Assembly: GCA_016186045.1 (NCBI GenBank)
Contig: JACPMJ010000005.1
Location: forward strand, 7,143-71,142
Direction of reading: 5' to 3'
DNA length: 64,000 nt
Source: Candidatus Uhrbacteria bacterium
Lineage (GTDB): Bacteria > Patescibacteriota > Patescibacteriia > JACQRZ01
Made by a program: the position numbers and the translations under genes. Position 1 is the first letter of the stretch, and each line of letters opens with the position of its first letter. The notes below the pieces were generated by a model. It did not search any database. It had not been told where the DNA came from and was given only the letters and a program-made list of their open reading frames with translations. Positions 46,186 through 56,749 of this stretch are shown here, in pieces.

Positions 46186-48611
46186 CCACGATACTCAAAT
46201 ACAAGTTGAGCGTGCTCTGCGTTTTTTGTGTATCGAGAAAGAACGTAGCCGTGTGCCAATGGGGCGAATATCTCCTGCATTATACGGGGATCGAATAGAT
46301 CACGCGTGTCTACTTCAAATGCGATTATCGATTTTTTTTCGGCAATTTGCTCTGATATGTCGAGCAGTGAAAAAGAAAGGAGCGGCGACGGAAATTCCGG
46401 CTTTGATCTTGATTTGATTTGCCGATCAATAATAAGAACGCCGTCCTGCTCTTCTTTATCATAATGGAAACTAACTCCCTCGAATTTTGCCTGCTCGATA
46501 TAGGAGGCGGCAATATCTTTCCACACCGATGTCTTTCCACGAATTAATGCGTCTTTTGACTCCTTCTCCAGCGCCTGCATAATAATAGAAGGATAGAATC
46601 CCGACCCTCTGTATGCAGTCTCGAAAAACAACGCGCTCCAAAATTTTTCATGCGGTGCCGTGTCGGTGAACACCGCCGATCCGATAAGAGGTTTCGGAGT
46701 TTTATCTTCTCGCAAAATCACATAAAAACGGCTTTTATTTTCCGGATCATTTACCCGCGCGTCCAGCTCTGCAAGAAGGCGGTCAACTTTTGCATTGTCG
46801 CCCCACTCTTTGCGCAGACTTTTCTCGTACCCCGCATGCACCATTCTCGTTATTTCTTTATGGGTGCGCATTTCTTTGGAGGTAAACTCATGCAAGTGGA
46901 ATAGTTTTACGTCTTCTAGGTCGATATGCTCCCCTTTCAGTGCCGCAACCCCCGCGCAGATCATAGACGCCTGCTCGTCAATCATTTCCAGGTCTGCTAA
47001 CAACTCTTTTTGATTCTTTTTTTTCACTGCTCCATGCAATAATTCTTTGCCGCGAGCAAGGAGATTGACAGTGAATGCACGCACAACTGGTTCTGCTTTC
47101 GGGCCTCCTCCAAAATTTTCTCGAAGATAATCAGCCGCGCGGTAAGCTGTCTGGGCGATTTTCGCGTATTTCTGAAAGAGTGGTGCTGCCGCATTTCCAA
47201 ATCGCCTCCCGATATCAATAAGTTTTGCGCCAAATTCTAGATCTCCTTCAGTTGCAAGAAGCGAAGTAAGCGCGTCATTGCCAAATTGTTTTACAAAATC
47301 TCTCATGGAAAGAGCGTGCATAATATCTTGCTGACTAAAAAAACTTAAAAAATTACGTTGCACCCACAATGGCTGATGATTTAATGTAATACCGAAATGA
47401 TTTTCAATAATCTCGCGCATCTGCAGACACATAAGATACGAATATTCATCGTATGACGCGGGATCAAAAGAAGCGGCTCCAGGATGCAGTGCAGTAAAAA
47501 AATCCTCCTTCGCTAATGGGTAATGGGGAGAATGGCCCCTCTTCTCTGCGAAGGAAAGAATATTTACTTCTTCCCCAGGGAATAAGTGCGATATATAGTT
47601 TCGAAGCCACACTTCCAAATGAGGGGACATCATGATTGCGGCAGTGGCATTGGCTTTCGCTGCGTTCAGCGCTTCGTAATCCTCATCAGTAGCAAAAAAA
47701 ATCGCAGACATTCTCCCTGTTTTCTGATATTCAGCGATATAGTGCGGCGCGAGCTGATAATAGTGTGCGTTTGGATTGTTATCTTTTCCAATAAGATAAC
47801 CACTCTCATTTTCTTCTTTGAAATGTTTTACCCGATAACGTTCAAAAGAATCGATGTGACACCTTTTGCCACCGATCTCCTTACCCTCGATAAAATAACC
47901 AAGCTGCAAATAGCGACCATAAATAAGAAAATTGCTATTTCTATGACGCGCCATAATATCGGCAATTCCGTAAAATTTCTTAGCACACTCGCTTTGGATA
48001 TCATGTCTGTCTTGGGGTAGAGATGCAATCAAGGCGCTGCTATAATGTTCAAAAAAATCGAGAATCTTATGGGAAAGCACATTGGCATACGGCCGATTAA
48101 TGAGCTGCAGTAATATAAAACCCTTTGATGCAGACGGCGATAACGAGTCGAACGGATATAATACTTCCTTGTTAACCTGCAAAAGCTCACCAGATGCTTT
48201 ATTATCTGCTCGATATTGGGACGCTACTCCAAGAAGTGTAAGGAGAGAAAGAGAGAGTTTTGTATTGGGTTGTATTTGATTCGCGATTTCAGCCTCAAGG
48301 CTCCTGATAAGCGCGGGGCGTTCTTGTTCGGGTGCATATTCAAGAGTCGCGCGGACATTACGGATAATTTCGAAAGTTTCGCTTCCATCCTGATCGATAA
48401 AAAAAATAGAGAAATCTTTTGGCAGCAATTTCATAGCATCCTCCTCCGTCGGCACCTCCTGTATCAGCTCGCAGAGCGCAATTAGCTCCTGCACGGCATG
48501 CTTAGGGAGATCGAATCCCTCTTTTCTAAATCTTGTAAATGTCTCTATTAGTTCCTGCCGAATCGACGGAGGCGTTTCTGGTAATCTTTGTGATTCGTGT
48601 TCTGATCGCAT
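46182..48611 (-). CDS. Large hypothetical protein with a possible C-terminal GNAT-like domain
   Basis: 809-aa ORF with ...ALFFETAYRGSGFY..IMQAL.... Confidence 0.7.
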   Translation of the reverse strand: MRSEHESQRLPETPPSIRQELIETFTRFRKEGFDLPKHAVQELIALCELIQEVPTEEDAMKLLPKDFSIFFIDQDGSETFEIIRNVRATLEYAPEQERPALIRSLEAEIANQIQPNTKLSLSLLTLLGVASQYRADNKASGELLQVNKEVLYPFDSLSPSASKGFILLQLINRPYANVLSHKILDFFEHYSSALIASLPQDRHDIQSECAKKFYGIADIMARHRNSNFLIYGRYLQLGYFIEGKEIGGKRCHIDSFERYRVKHFKEENESGYLIGKDNNPNAHYYQLAPHYIAEYQKTGRMSAIFFATDEDYEALNAAKANATAAIMMSPHLEVWLRNYISHLFPGEEVNILSFAEKRGHSPHYPLAKEDFFTALHPGAASFDPASYDEYSYLMCLQMREIIENHFGITLNHQPLWVQRNFLSFFSQQDIMHALSMRDFVKQFGNDALTSLLATEGDLEFGAKLIDIGRRFGNAAAPLFQKYAKIAQTAYRAADYLRENFGGGPKAEPVVRAFTVNLLARGKELLHGAVKKKNQKELLADLEMIDEQASMICAGVAALKGEHIDLEDVKLFHLHEFTSKEMRTHKEITRMVHAGYEKSLRKEWGDNAKVDRLLAELDARVNDPENKSRFYVILREDKTPKPLIGSAVFTDTAPHEKFWSALFFETAYRGSGFYPSIIMQALEKESKDALIRGKTSVWKDIAASYIEQAKFEGVSFHYDKEEQDGVLIIDRQIKSRSKPEFPSPLLSFSLLDISEQIAEKKSIIAFEVDTRDLFDPRIMQEIFAPLAHGYVLSRYTKNAEHAQLVFEYRG

Positions 48612-48887
48612 AGACTATGTTTAACGACTCAAAAGAAAGATTTTTCTGATACTCACATAGTATCATACATATTTCTCCAAAACAATTTTATTGAGACATA
48701 TCGGTAACACTGGGAGAGTCGCCAGACTCTACTACCTAACGTATCTCATTTTTTACAGCGGAAACCTATGAAAAACTAAAATACCCGCAGAATATGCGGA
48801 TATTTTAAGTGGGTTCTCGGGTCAAGCCCAAGCCTGTCCTCGGACTTGATCCGAGGAATGGCGCATATATCGGGAATGACAAGATAT

Positions 48888-49472
48888 TTACAACGCGAAA
48901 CGGCTGAAGCGATGTATCTGGATATTTTCCCCTGTTTTCGCAATCATCTGCGTAAGAAGTTGTTCTACGGTCTGTGAGTCATCTTTTACGAATTGTTGTT
49001 TTAAGAGACAGACCTCCTGATAATATTTTGCAACTTTTCCAGTGAGAATCTTTTCAAGAATTTCCGGTGGTTTTTTCTCTCCCACCATTTGATCGCGGTA
49101 GATTTCTTTTTCTTTCTCAATAAGTTCTGCGGGTACTTCTTCAGTACGTACATAGAGCGGATTCATGGCCGCGATCTGAAGCGCGATATCATGGGCGAAA
49201 TCCTTAAACTCATCGGTGCGCGCCACAAAATCCGTCTCACAGAGAAGCTCTACGAGAACGCCTACTTTGCCGTTTGGATGGATGTATGAAAGGATAAGCC
49301 CTTCTTTTGTGGATCGGTCTTGTTTGTTTGCGGCAACCTTTTGTCCTTTTTTTCGTAAAAATTCTACCGCCTGTTCATAATTTCCGTTCGCTTCCTCTAA
49401 TGCCTTTTTACAATCTACAATGCCGGCGCCGGTTTGTGTGCGAAGCGTAGTGACAAGCTTTGGGTCGATCAT
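48888..49472 (-). CDS. tsf: Elongation factor Ts (short form)
   Basis: LRTQTGAGIVDCKKAL and ELLCETDFVAR. Confidence 0.96.
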   Translation of the reverse strand: MIDPKLVTTLRTQTGAGIVDCKKALEEANGNYEQAVEFLRKKGQKVAANKQDRSTKEGLILSYIHPNGKVGVLVELLCETDFVARTDEFKDFAHDIALQIAAMNPLYVRTEEVPAELIEKEKEIYRDQMVGEKKPPEILEKILTGKVAKYYQEVCLLKQQFVKDDSQTVEQLLTQMIAKTGENIQIHRFSRFAL

Positions 49473-49496
49473 ATACCTTTATATTTATCATTTAGA

Positions 49497-49666
49497 GGAA
49501 GTGGGAGATTTTTTATGTTTATATTAGCGGAGATTCAATGAGAAATAGGCGTGGTGAGTAGTAAAAATCAATTGTTTGAGCGAAGCGAGTTTTGATTTTT
49601 ACGTTATAAGACGCGCAATATTTCTTTGAATCGGAGCGTCATAAACATAAAAAATCTCCCACTTCC
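49497..49666. repeat. Long palindromic (MITE-like) element, copy 2
   Basis: GGAAGTGGGAGATTTTTTATGTTTA / TAAACATAAAAAATCTCCCACTTCC ends. The interior is homologous to 4103..4270. Confidence 0.75.
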
Positions 49667-49673
49667 CGTCCCG

Positions 49674-50555
49674 TTACTCATCTTCGCTTTCCGGCCGGAG
49701 ATTCGCCGGAAGCTCTTCTACCTCTTCCTCTACTACGCCCGCCTTTGGCTCGGGAGAAATCGGGGCCTTTTGAGTATCTGGAGCTACTTCGGGAGAAGCA
49801 GGTATTTCTGTTATAGATGTGGGTGCGGCAACTGCTTTCACTGCTTGTGCGGTTGCTTGATCTTTTACTCGCTCTGCCTTTCCTTCTCGTATCGCATCCG
49901 CGAGTGCGCCAGTGATAATATCAATGGATTTTATCGCATCATCGTTTGCCGGAATAGGATAGGTGATATTTTCCGGATTTGTATTTGTGTCACATAATGC
50001 AATAACCGGGATATTGCGCTTCAGTGCCTCTCGAAATGGTGTCTCTTCTTTACGCGGATCAATGATATAAAGTGCATCCGGAAGTTTGGTAAGGGTCTGA
50101 ATACCGCCGATAAGTCCCTCTAATTCTTCGATTTTTCGTGAAAGTTCAAGTTGTTCTTTTTTTGTATATTTTTTATACTCCCCCGCCTCTGTCTTTTCCT
50201 TCATCTTGAGATAATTTTTGATCATCTTTGAAATAATGGCGTAATTGGTGATAGTTCCGCCGATCCAACGCGTATGTACATACGGCATACCGCAGGCGAG
50301 CGCGTGCTTTTTGATGATTTCCTGTGCTTGACGCTTGGTCCCTACAAAGATAATTGTTCCGCCTTGGCGCGCAATATTTTTTGCAAATATAAGCGCCTGC
50401 TCAAGATGTTCCGATGTTTTCTGAAGGTCAATAATACTAACCTCATTTTTGGAACCAAAAATATACGGTTTCATTTTTGGATTCCGCTTGGATGTTTTAT
50501 GCCCAAAATGAACTCCCGCCTTCAGCAGGTCGGGCACTGTAGGTATCTGAGACAT
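49674..50555 (-). CDS. rpsB: 30S ribosomal protein S2
   Basis: AGVHFGH, FVGTKRQA, RWIGGTITN and IPANDD. Confidence 0.97.
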   Translation of the reverse strand: MSQIPTVPDLLKAGVHFGHKTSKRNPKMKPYIFGSKNEVSIIDLQKTSEHLEQALIFAKNIARQGGTIIFVGTKRQAQEIIKKHALACGMPYVHTRWIGGTITNYAIISKMIKNYLKMKEKTEAGEYKKYTKKEQLELSRKIEELEGLIGGIQTLTKLPDALYIIDPRKEETPFREALKRNIPVIALCDTNTNPENITYPIPANDDAIKSIDIITGALADAIREGKAERVKDQATAQAVKAVAAPTSITEIPASPEVAPDTQKAPISPEPKAGVVEEEVEELPANLRPESEDE

Positions 50556-50974
50556 ACTTTGATTCTCCTTTTAGCCTCTACCCTTTGCTTCATCCGGCTC
50601 CGCCAGTTGGCGGACGGACAAGGAGACACTGGAACACTTGTGATATAGTTTCTCGTAGCGAAATGATGATTTTTTGAGCGAAAACAATGAAGCGTGAGGA
50701 GGTGAATAGAAGCCTATTCATTGACGAGCGGTGAATTGTTTGCAGCCAAAAAAGCATCATTGCAGTAGAGAGGGCTGTATCACAAGTGTTCCAAAGGGCA
50801 TGAGAGATGAGTAAATAAACGATGGGATGAGTATATCATATCCTCAAAAACATTCAAGCCCCTTGATAAATTGTCTTATTCTTTGTATACTTTTGACATT
50901 TTTTATTCCATCTTGACATGAAAAACATTTTTTGACATACTTATTGAAATAGTTTCACTTATTACTCTCTTTAT

Positions 50975-51268
50975 ATGAAAAAAGACATACATCCTGAATA
51001 CTTTACCGATGCAAAAATCACCTGTGCCTGCGGACACAGCGCGGTGATGGGTTCCACGCAAAAAGCAGTGTTTGTTGAATTGTGCAGTACATGCCATCCT
51101 TTTTATACCGGAAAGCAAAAACTTGTAGATACTGCCGGTCGTGTTGAACGTTTTCAGAAGCGTGCGGCAAAAAAAGATGCGGCGGCAACTGCTCGAAAAG
51201 GAAAAAAGATAAAAAAAGTTGCGGCAAAAAATAGAAAGAAAGAAAAAGAGGAATCCGTAGAAGAGTAG
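50975..51268 (+). CDS. rpmE: 50S ribosomal protein L31
   Basis: [22 protein letters not shown] and GRVERF. Confidence 0.96.
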   Translation: MKKDIHPEYFTDAKITCACGHSAVMGSTQKAVFVELCSTCHPFYTGKQKLVDTAGRVERFQKRAAKKDAAATARKGKKIKKVAAKNRKKEKEESVEE

Positions 51269-51345
51269 CTTTATGGGAAGAACCATCGCGTCGATATGAA
51301 CAGAAGCGATGGTTTTTTATTGCGATATACTGTAATCTATACTAT

Positions 51346-52431
51346 ATGCAATTCAGTGAACACATTCAATCATTACGTATCCGGTTAAAAGAATTGGAGG
51401 TACAGCTTTCACAGCCCGCGATCGCCGCTGACGCAAGCGCGTTTATTTCCTATTCCAAGGAATACAAAGAAATTCAGGACGTATTACAGGTGGCAGATCG
51501 TGCGGAAGATCTGGAAAAGCAAATTTCGGATGCGAAAGAAATTATTGCAAGCGGACAAGATGACGAGCTTACGGCAATGGCACAAGAAGAGCTTGTAGTA
51601 TATGTTAAGGAGCTTGAAAAAGCAGAGGCGGACATACGTGAATATTTCCAGCCGGCAGATCCCATGGATAAGCGGGATGTTATCGTGGAAATTCGGGCAG
51701 GCGCCGGCGGTGATGAGGCGGCGTTATTTGCGGGAGAGCTTTTCCGGATGTATAGTTTATATGCGGAAAAAAGAGGATGGAAAACACGGCTTATCAGCGC
51801 AAGTCGTATCGGCATAGGGGGACTCAAAGAAGTTATTTTTGAAATCGTTGGTACAAGCGCCTACCGTTTCCTTAAATACGAGAGTGGTGTACATAGAGTC
51901 CAACGTGTGCCGGAGACGGAAAAAAGCGGTAGCGTGCATACCTCTACCGTCACCGTCGCGGTACTGCCGGTAGCGGAAGAAATTGATATAAAGATTGATC
52001 CAAAAGATCTCCGCATTGATACATTCTGTTCCGGCGGAGCGGGCGGACAGTCTGTAAATACGACATACTCCGCGGTTCGTATTACCCATATTCCGTCGGG
52101 TGTTGTGGTAAGTTGCCAAGACGAGCGCTCACAGCTTCAAAACCGCGAGCGGGCACTATCTGTCTTGCGCGCACGGATTTTAGCCGCCGAGCAAGAAAAA
52201 CAAAATAAAGCGCTCTCTGCGCAACGCAAAAAGATGGTAGGCACCGGAGACAGATCAGAAAAAATCCGCACGTATAATTTTCCACAAAGCAGGATCACTG
52301 ATCATAGGATAAAACAAAGTTGGCACACCATGACTGACATTTTGAATGGAAATATTGATGAGATGGTTGAGGCGCTTACCGTTGCAGATCAACGTGATCA
52401 ATTTGATAATGACCAAGAGGACGATGAGTAA
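51346..52431 (+). CDS. prfA: Peptide chain release factor 1
   Basis: [19 protein letters not shown] (PxT), GGQ and RTYNFPQ. Confidence 0.96.
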   Translation: MQFSEHIQSLRIRLKELEVQLSQPAIAADASAFISYSKEYKEIQDVLQVADRAEDLEKQISDAKEIIASGQDDELTAMAQEELVVYVKELEKAEADIREYFQPADPMDKRDVIVEIRAGAGGDEAALFAGELFRMYSLYAEKRGWKTRLISASRIGIGGLKEVIFEIVGTSAYRFLKYESGVHRVQRVPETEKSGSVHTSTVTVAVLPVAEEIDIKIDPKDLRIDTFCSGGAGGQSVNTTYSAVRITHIPSGVVVSCQDERSQLQNRERALSVLRARILAAEQEKQNKALSAQRKKMVGTGDRSEKIRTYNFPQSRITDHRIKQSWHTMTDILNGNIDEMVEALTVADQRDQFDNDQEDDE

Positions 52432-52523
52432 CGTCAGTACACAGTACTTGGTACATAGTTGTAAGTAAAAATACAACTACACAATAACTGTGAACTGACA
52501 ACTAAGAACTAAGTACTGTTTAT

Positions 52524-53081
52524 ATGATTCTTTGCGACAAAACACTTCGTGAGCTTATCCAAAAAGGTGATCTTGGTATAGATCCTCTTGGCGAAAATGC
52601 CATCCAGCCCGCATCCATAGACCTGCGGCTTGGCAATCATTTCCTTATTCTAGATGATCATCACATGGATATTATTCGTATGGATGGTGAAAGCTCGTAC
52701 CGCGAAATTGTCGCGGATTCCGTGACGATTCCTCCGCACTCATTTGTCCTTGCGACAACGATTGAATACGTACGGGTCCCCGCATATCTCACTATGGCGG
52801 TAGAAGGCAGAAGCTCTGTGGGTCGCTTGGGATTATTTATCCAAAACGCCGGATGGATTGACCCGGGATTTGAGGGAAATATCACACTTGAACTCTATAA
52901 TGCAAACTCACTTCCTATCGTACTACAGGCGGGAAGACGTATTTGCCAAGCCGTCACACAAAAGCTTGACTTTCCATCTGAACGGCCGTATGCAGGAAAA
53001 TATAAGGGGCAGAAAAATACCATTGGCAGTAGAATTTTCCGAGATAAGGAAATCACCCATGACGAAAAAAGCACTACATAA
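52524..53081 (+). CDS. dcd: dCTP deaminase
   Basis: QPASIDLRL, GRSSVGRLG and IDPGFEGNITLEL. Confidence 0.93.
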   Translation: MILCDKTLRELIQKGDLGIDPLGENAIQPASIDLRLGNHFLILDDHHMDIIRMDGESSYREIVADSVTIPPHSFVLATTIEYVRVPAYLTMAVEGRSSVGRLGLFIQNAGWIDPGFEGNITLELYNANSLPIVLQAGRRICQAVTQKLDFPSERPYAGKYKGQKNTIGSRIFRDKEITHDEKSTT

Positions 53082-53949
53082 AAAAACACATCATCTCACT
53101 ATTTCAGACGTGCTTCTTTCCGCGATGAAGACTCTCAAGAAAAAAAAATTGCCGTCGGTCGCTCTTGATGCCGAGGTGCTTTTGGCATATACGCTTAAAA
53201 AAGATCGCGCGTTTATTCTGGCGCATCCGGAGTATGTACTTGGGGCATCAGAAATTCATACGTACCGCGCATGCATACAAAACCGTGTACATCATGTGAC
53301 GGTTGCATACATTACGGGACGACGAGATTTTTATGGACATTCTTTTTTTGTGAATAACCACGTTCTTATTCCTCGCCAAGAAACAGAATTATTGGTTGAA
53401 GAGGCTAGTATGTATCTGCGACAGCATCCGAAAAAAAAATCACTTCTCGATGTTGGGACTGGAAGCGGATGCATCGCGCTTTCTGTCGCAAAAGAAATTC
53501 CATCTCTGCAAAAAATTATCGCAACGGATGTCTCAGAAGCCGCACTGTCAGTCGCGAAGAAAAATGCGCGTGTGTGTGGATGTGAAAAACGTATCGTATT
53601 CCAAAAGGCGCATATGTTTGGCTCACTAAAAGATTCTTTTGATTGTATCGTAGCTAATCTCCCCTATCTCTCGCAAAAAGAATACGCGCAGGCAAAAAAA
53701 CTTTACCCTGAAATAGCATACGAACCGAAAGGAGCAATCTGCGCGGGAAAAACAGGGTTGGAGCTTTTTGAGCTTTTTTTTCGGCATGTTTATAGACAGC
53801 TTAATCCCGATGGAACAATATTTCTGGAAATCGGCAATGAGCAGAAACGCAGTATCCAAAGACTTGTAAAAACATATCTTCCTCAAGCTGATGTCCGCTT
53901 CGTCCGTGATTTAACAAAAAGAATACGCGTTGCCATTGTTCAAATGTAA
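53059..53949 (+). CDS. prmC: Release factor glutamine methyltransferase
   Basis: VLIPRQETE, DVGTGSGCI and ANLPY. Confidence 0.92.
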   Translation: MTKKALHKKTHHLTISDVLLSAMKTLKKKKLPSVALDAEVLLAYTLKKDRAFILAHPEYVLGASEIHTYRACIQNRVHHVTVAYITGRRDFYGHSFFVNNHVLIPRQETELLVEEASMYLRQHPKKKSLLDVGTGSGCIALSVAKEIPSLQKIIATDVSEAALSVAKKNARVCGCEKRIVFQKAHMFGSLKDSFDCIVANLPYLSQKEYAQAKKLYPEIAYEPKGAICAGKTGLELFELFFRHVYRQLNPDGTIFLEIGNEQKRSIQRLVKTYLPQADVRFVRDLTKRIRVAIVQM

Positions 53950-53994
53950 ATAAAAAATAGCCCTGTCAGGTATCAACCGTAGATGAGCTATTTT

Positions 53995-54570
53995 TTATTT
54001 ATGCTTTTTTATTTTCTGCATGACCTCCTCTATTTTCTGCTCAAATTCTTCTACGCTTCCATTATTTTCTACAACAAAATCCGCGCGCTCTTTCAAGAGA
54101 TCAATCTCTTGTTCCGGTTCCGCGTTGCTACGCTTGAGGAATTCGTCGTATGGCATCCCCGCATCTCCGGGATTTTCATCGCGTTTCACATAGCGGTCAT
54201 AACGAATTTTTTCATCTGTTTCTATAAATAAAAGAAAAAAATTATCACGCGCACGAAATATTTCCGCGTCTATCTTTCTGCGCACACCGTCAAAGATGCA
54301 TATCTCTGCGGTTGATTTTTCAATGAGTCCACCGACCGCATGCGCAATAATATTTTCTCCATATGCAGATCGAAGAAACGTGGAGAGTTTTTGCATGGTT
54401 TCTCGTGATTGCGGGATGCTAAATATGTCCAATGACGCCCGGAGAGGAGTGGATGAGCGAAAGCGCTGGGCTCCGTATTTTTTCGCAAGGTACGCGCCTG
54501 CCATTCCCTTTCCGCATCCCATACGGCCGGCAATACCAATAATAATCTTTTTGTGCATATGTTTTGACAA
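53995..54570 (-). CDS. P-loop nucleotide kinase (dephospho-CoA kinase/dNMP kinase-like)
   Basis: GIAGRMGCGKG, DGVR and ADFVVENNGS. Confidence 0.8.
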   Translation of the reverse strand: MSKHMHKKIIIGIAGRMGCGKGMAGAYLAKKYGAQRFRSSTPLRASLDIFSIPQSRETMQKLSTFLRSAYGENIIAHAVGGLIEKSTAEICIFDGVRRKIDAEIFRARDNFFLLFIETDEKIRYDRYVKRDENPGDAGMPYDEFLKRSNAEPEQEIDLLKERADFVVENNGSVEEFEQKIEEVMQKIKKHK

Positions 54571-54584
54571 GCTAAAACAGTCTC

Positions 54585-55238
54585 TTATTTCTCTTCTTCT
54601 TTCTTCTTCTTCTTCTCTTCCACCTTTATCGCGGTAACATCTTCCACCGGTTTTTCCTCAAGTTTCTTCAAATCTTCTTCAGAGATCGGCGGTGTTATGG
54701 TCGCGATAACATTATTTTTATTATCGAGCACCTCGATGCTCTTTGGCAATGTGATATCTGAAATTTTGATAACATCTTCAAATGTTGCAAGGGAAGAAAT
54801 ATTCACCTCAATTTCGTGCACCAAATCGCCCGGCAAACATCGTACGTTGAGTTCTTGTACGCTTTTTACCAATATGCCACCCAATTCCTTTATCGCCCGC
54901 GATTCCCCAATGAATTTCAATGGTATCTCGGTAGTGAGTTTTTCAGTCATATCAACCTGATAAAAATCTATATGTGAAAATTTATCAGTAAGAGGATCTT
55001 TTTGGATATCATAAATAAGCACTTTTATTGGTGGCTGACTGTCAATCACCAAGTCAATAAGTGAACTCTCCCCTGCCTTTTGAAAAACTTTTATAAATGG
55101 CACTTCTGCAATACTCACCATTTTTCCCGATACATGATGCCCATAAAGCACACCAGGAATAAATCCTTTTTCCCGCAAAGCAGAAATTTTTTTCCCTGTG
55201 ATATCGCGTGATTGCGCCTCAAGGTTAAACGTTTCCAT
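54585..55238 (-). CDS. rplY: 50S ribosomal protein L25/Ctc
   Basis: LREKGFIPGVLYG, HIDFY, IPLKFIGES and GGIL. Confidence 0.94.
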   Translation of the reverse strand: METFNLEAQSRDITGKKISALREKGFIPGVLYGHHVSGKMVSIAEVPFIKVFQKAGESSLIDLVIDSQPPIKVLIYDIQKDPLTDKFSHIDFYQVDMTEKLTTEIPLKFIGESRAIKELGGILVKSVQELNVRCLPGDLVHEIEVNISSLATFEDVIKISDITLPKSIEVLDNKNNVIATITPPISEEDLKKLEEKPVEDVTAIKVEEKKKKKEEEK

Positions 55239-55281
55239 ACGTTGTTCATTCCAATAGTAAAATGATTATAACGTTTTTTAC

Positions 55282-55378
55282 TAGACCTGTTGCGAAATAG
55301 CTTCCCGGTCTCCGCCAGCTGGCGGAGGACAGAAGTGAGCCGGAAGAAATACATAATGGTATTTCGCAACAGGTCTAC
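55282..55378. mobile_element. MITE-like element with perfect 18-bp terminal inverted repeats
   Basis: TAGACCTGTTGCGAAATA / TATTTCGCAACAGGTCTA enclosing CCGCCAGCTGGCGG. Confidence 0.6.
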
Positions 55379-55507
55379 TATATCAAATATCTGATGTTTG
55401 TCAAACGTATATGCTCATGTGGTGGTCAGGCTTGACATTTATGCGGAATTTTATTATACTATCCGCATGTTTCCTTGACAATTTATTTGAAAGAAAAAGG
55501 AGGTGGT

Positions 55508-55681
55508 ATGTCGTACATAGGAGACAGCTGTCCCGTCTGTCGTTTTGGCGAGGTAGATGAGGGAATATGCGATCGTTGCAAGGTGGAATTTTGTCCGCTC
55601 TGTCATGGTCTTCTCCATGGCAGAATGAGTCCGAATGTGGATCCTTGCATATGCGATCGAGAACAAATCAAAGCCGTGTGA
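55508..55681 (+). CDS. Small Cys-rich (zinc-binding) protein
   Basis: Promoter TTGACA-17-TATACT (55432-55460), AAGGAGGT RBS, three CxxC plus one CxC, and a downstream terminator. Confidence 0.7.
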   Translation: MSYIGDSCPVCRFGEVDEGICDRCKVEFCPLCHGLLHGRMSPNVDPCICDREQIKAV

Positions 55682-55715
55682 TCGTATTCACCGGCTTTTT
55701 TATTTTAAGAAAAAT

Positions 55716-56740
55716 CTACGAATTATACACCTTAATGCTTTGCACGAGGCCAACTGCAAGCAAGGACAATGCGAGTGAACTTCCGCCATAGCTCAGGAAT
55801 GGAAGCGGTATGCCAGTCAGGGGTACGAGGCCTATATTCCCTCCAATATTCAGCATGACATGTGTGAAAAACATCATAGTAATTCCAAGGACGGCATAGA
55901 GCGCGAAGTCGTCTCGGCATATCTTCATAATACGGACGAGACGATAAAGTCCGTCTGTGTTTCCGGTAAGAATTTCAGGTGACTTTGCGAACCAAATCCC
56001 AATCCCCGGCCAAACAGCTGGCCAGACCCGATAGCAATCATCGCCTGGCGGATATTATATCCGCTTCCCTGTACATCTGCGGATGGACGCAGAAATGTGA
56101 CGATCCGTTCTTTTTGGTAATCTTTCAAAAAAAACAACCACGCACCCAATGATATCACCGCAATGCCAAGCACAAGCGCGAAAATATATTTTTTTGGAAT
56201 GCCGCTTGCCATGATCATGCCGAACCAAATCAGAAATAATACGACCGCAGATCCTACATCCGGCTGGAGAAGAACAAGTGCTATGGGTACGCCGGCAATC
56301 AAGGCGCTTGCAAGAATATGGCGGAATTGTCCGATCTGGCGGGTGTGGCCGGAGAAATATCGTGCAAGCACGCATACAAGCGCAAGTTTTGCAAATTCAG
56401 CGGGCTGGATTCCAAATGATCCGAGCATAAACCAGCCGCGCGTTCCCCGGATTGTTTGGCCGCTTAGGAGTACTACTATGAGCGCGATACATACCGCTAT
56501 ATACGCAAGAAAACTTACACTTCGTATCATACGGTAGTTCAAAAGTCCAACGATGAAAAAAAGCACAAGAAAAACAGCGAATACGCCCAACTGTTTTTGA
56601 ATGTAAAAAAAATTTTGTGGATCTTTTCCAAGTCCCACACTGTACAGTGCGGCAAAGCCAAAACTGCACAGTACGATAATGCTTAAGAAAAGGAGAATGT
56701 CAATATCCCTGAAATTCCTCAAGAATCCAATTTGCGTCAT
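55716..56740 (-). pseudogene. rodA: Rod shape-determining protein RodA, frameshifted by an internal deletion
   Basis: QPAEFAK, LQPDVG and FLPETQTDFI, then a frame change to YRLVRIMK...TGIPLPFLSYGGSS. The conserved 'EELGF' segment is missing. Confidence 0.8.
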
Positions 56741-56749
56741 AGCTTTGGG

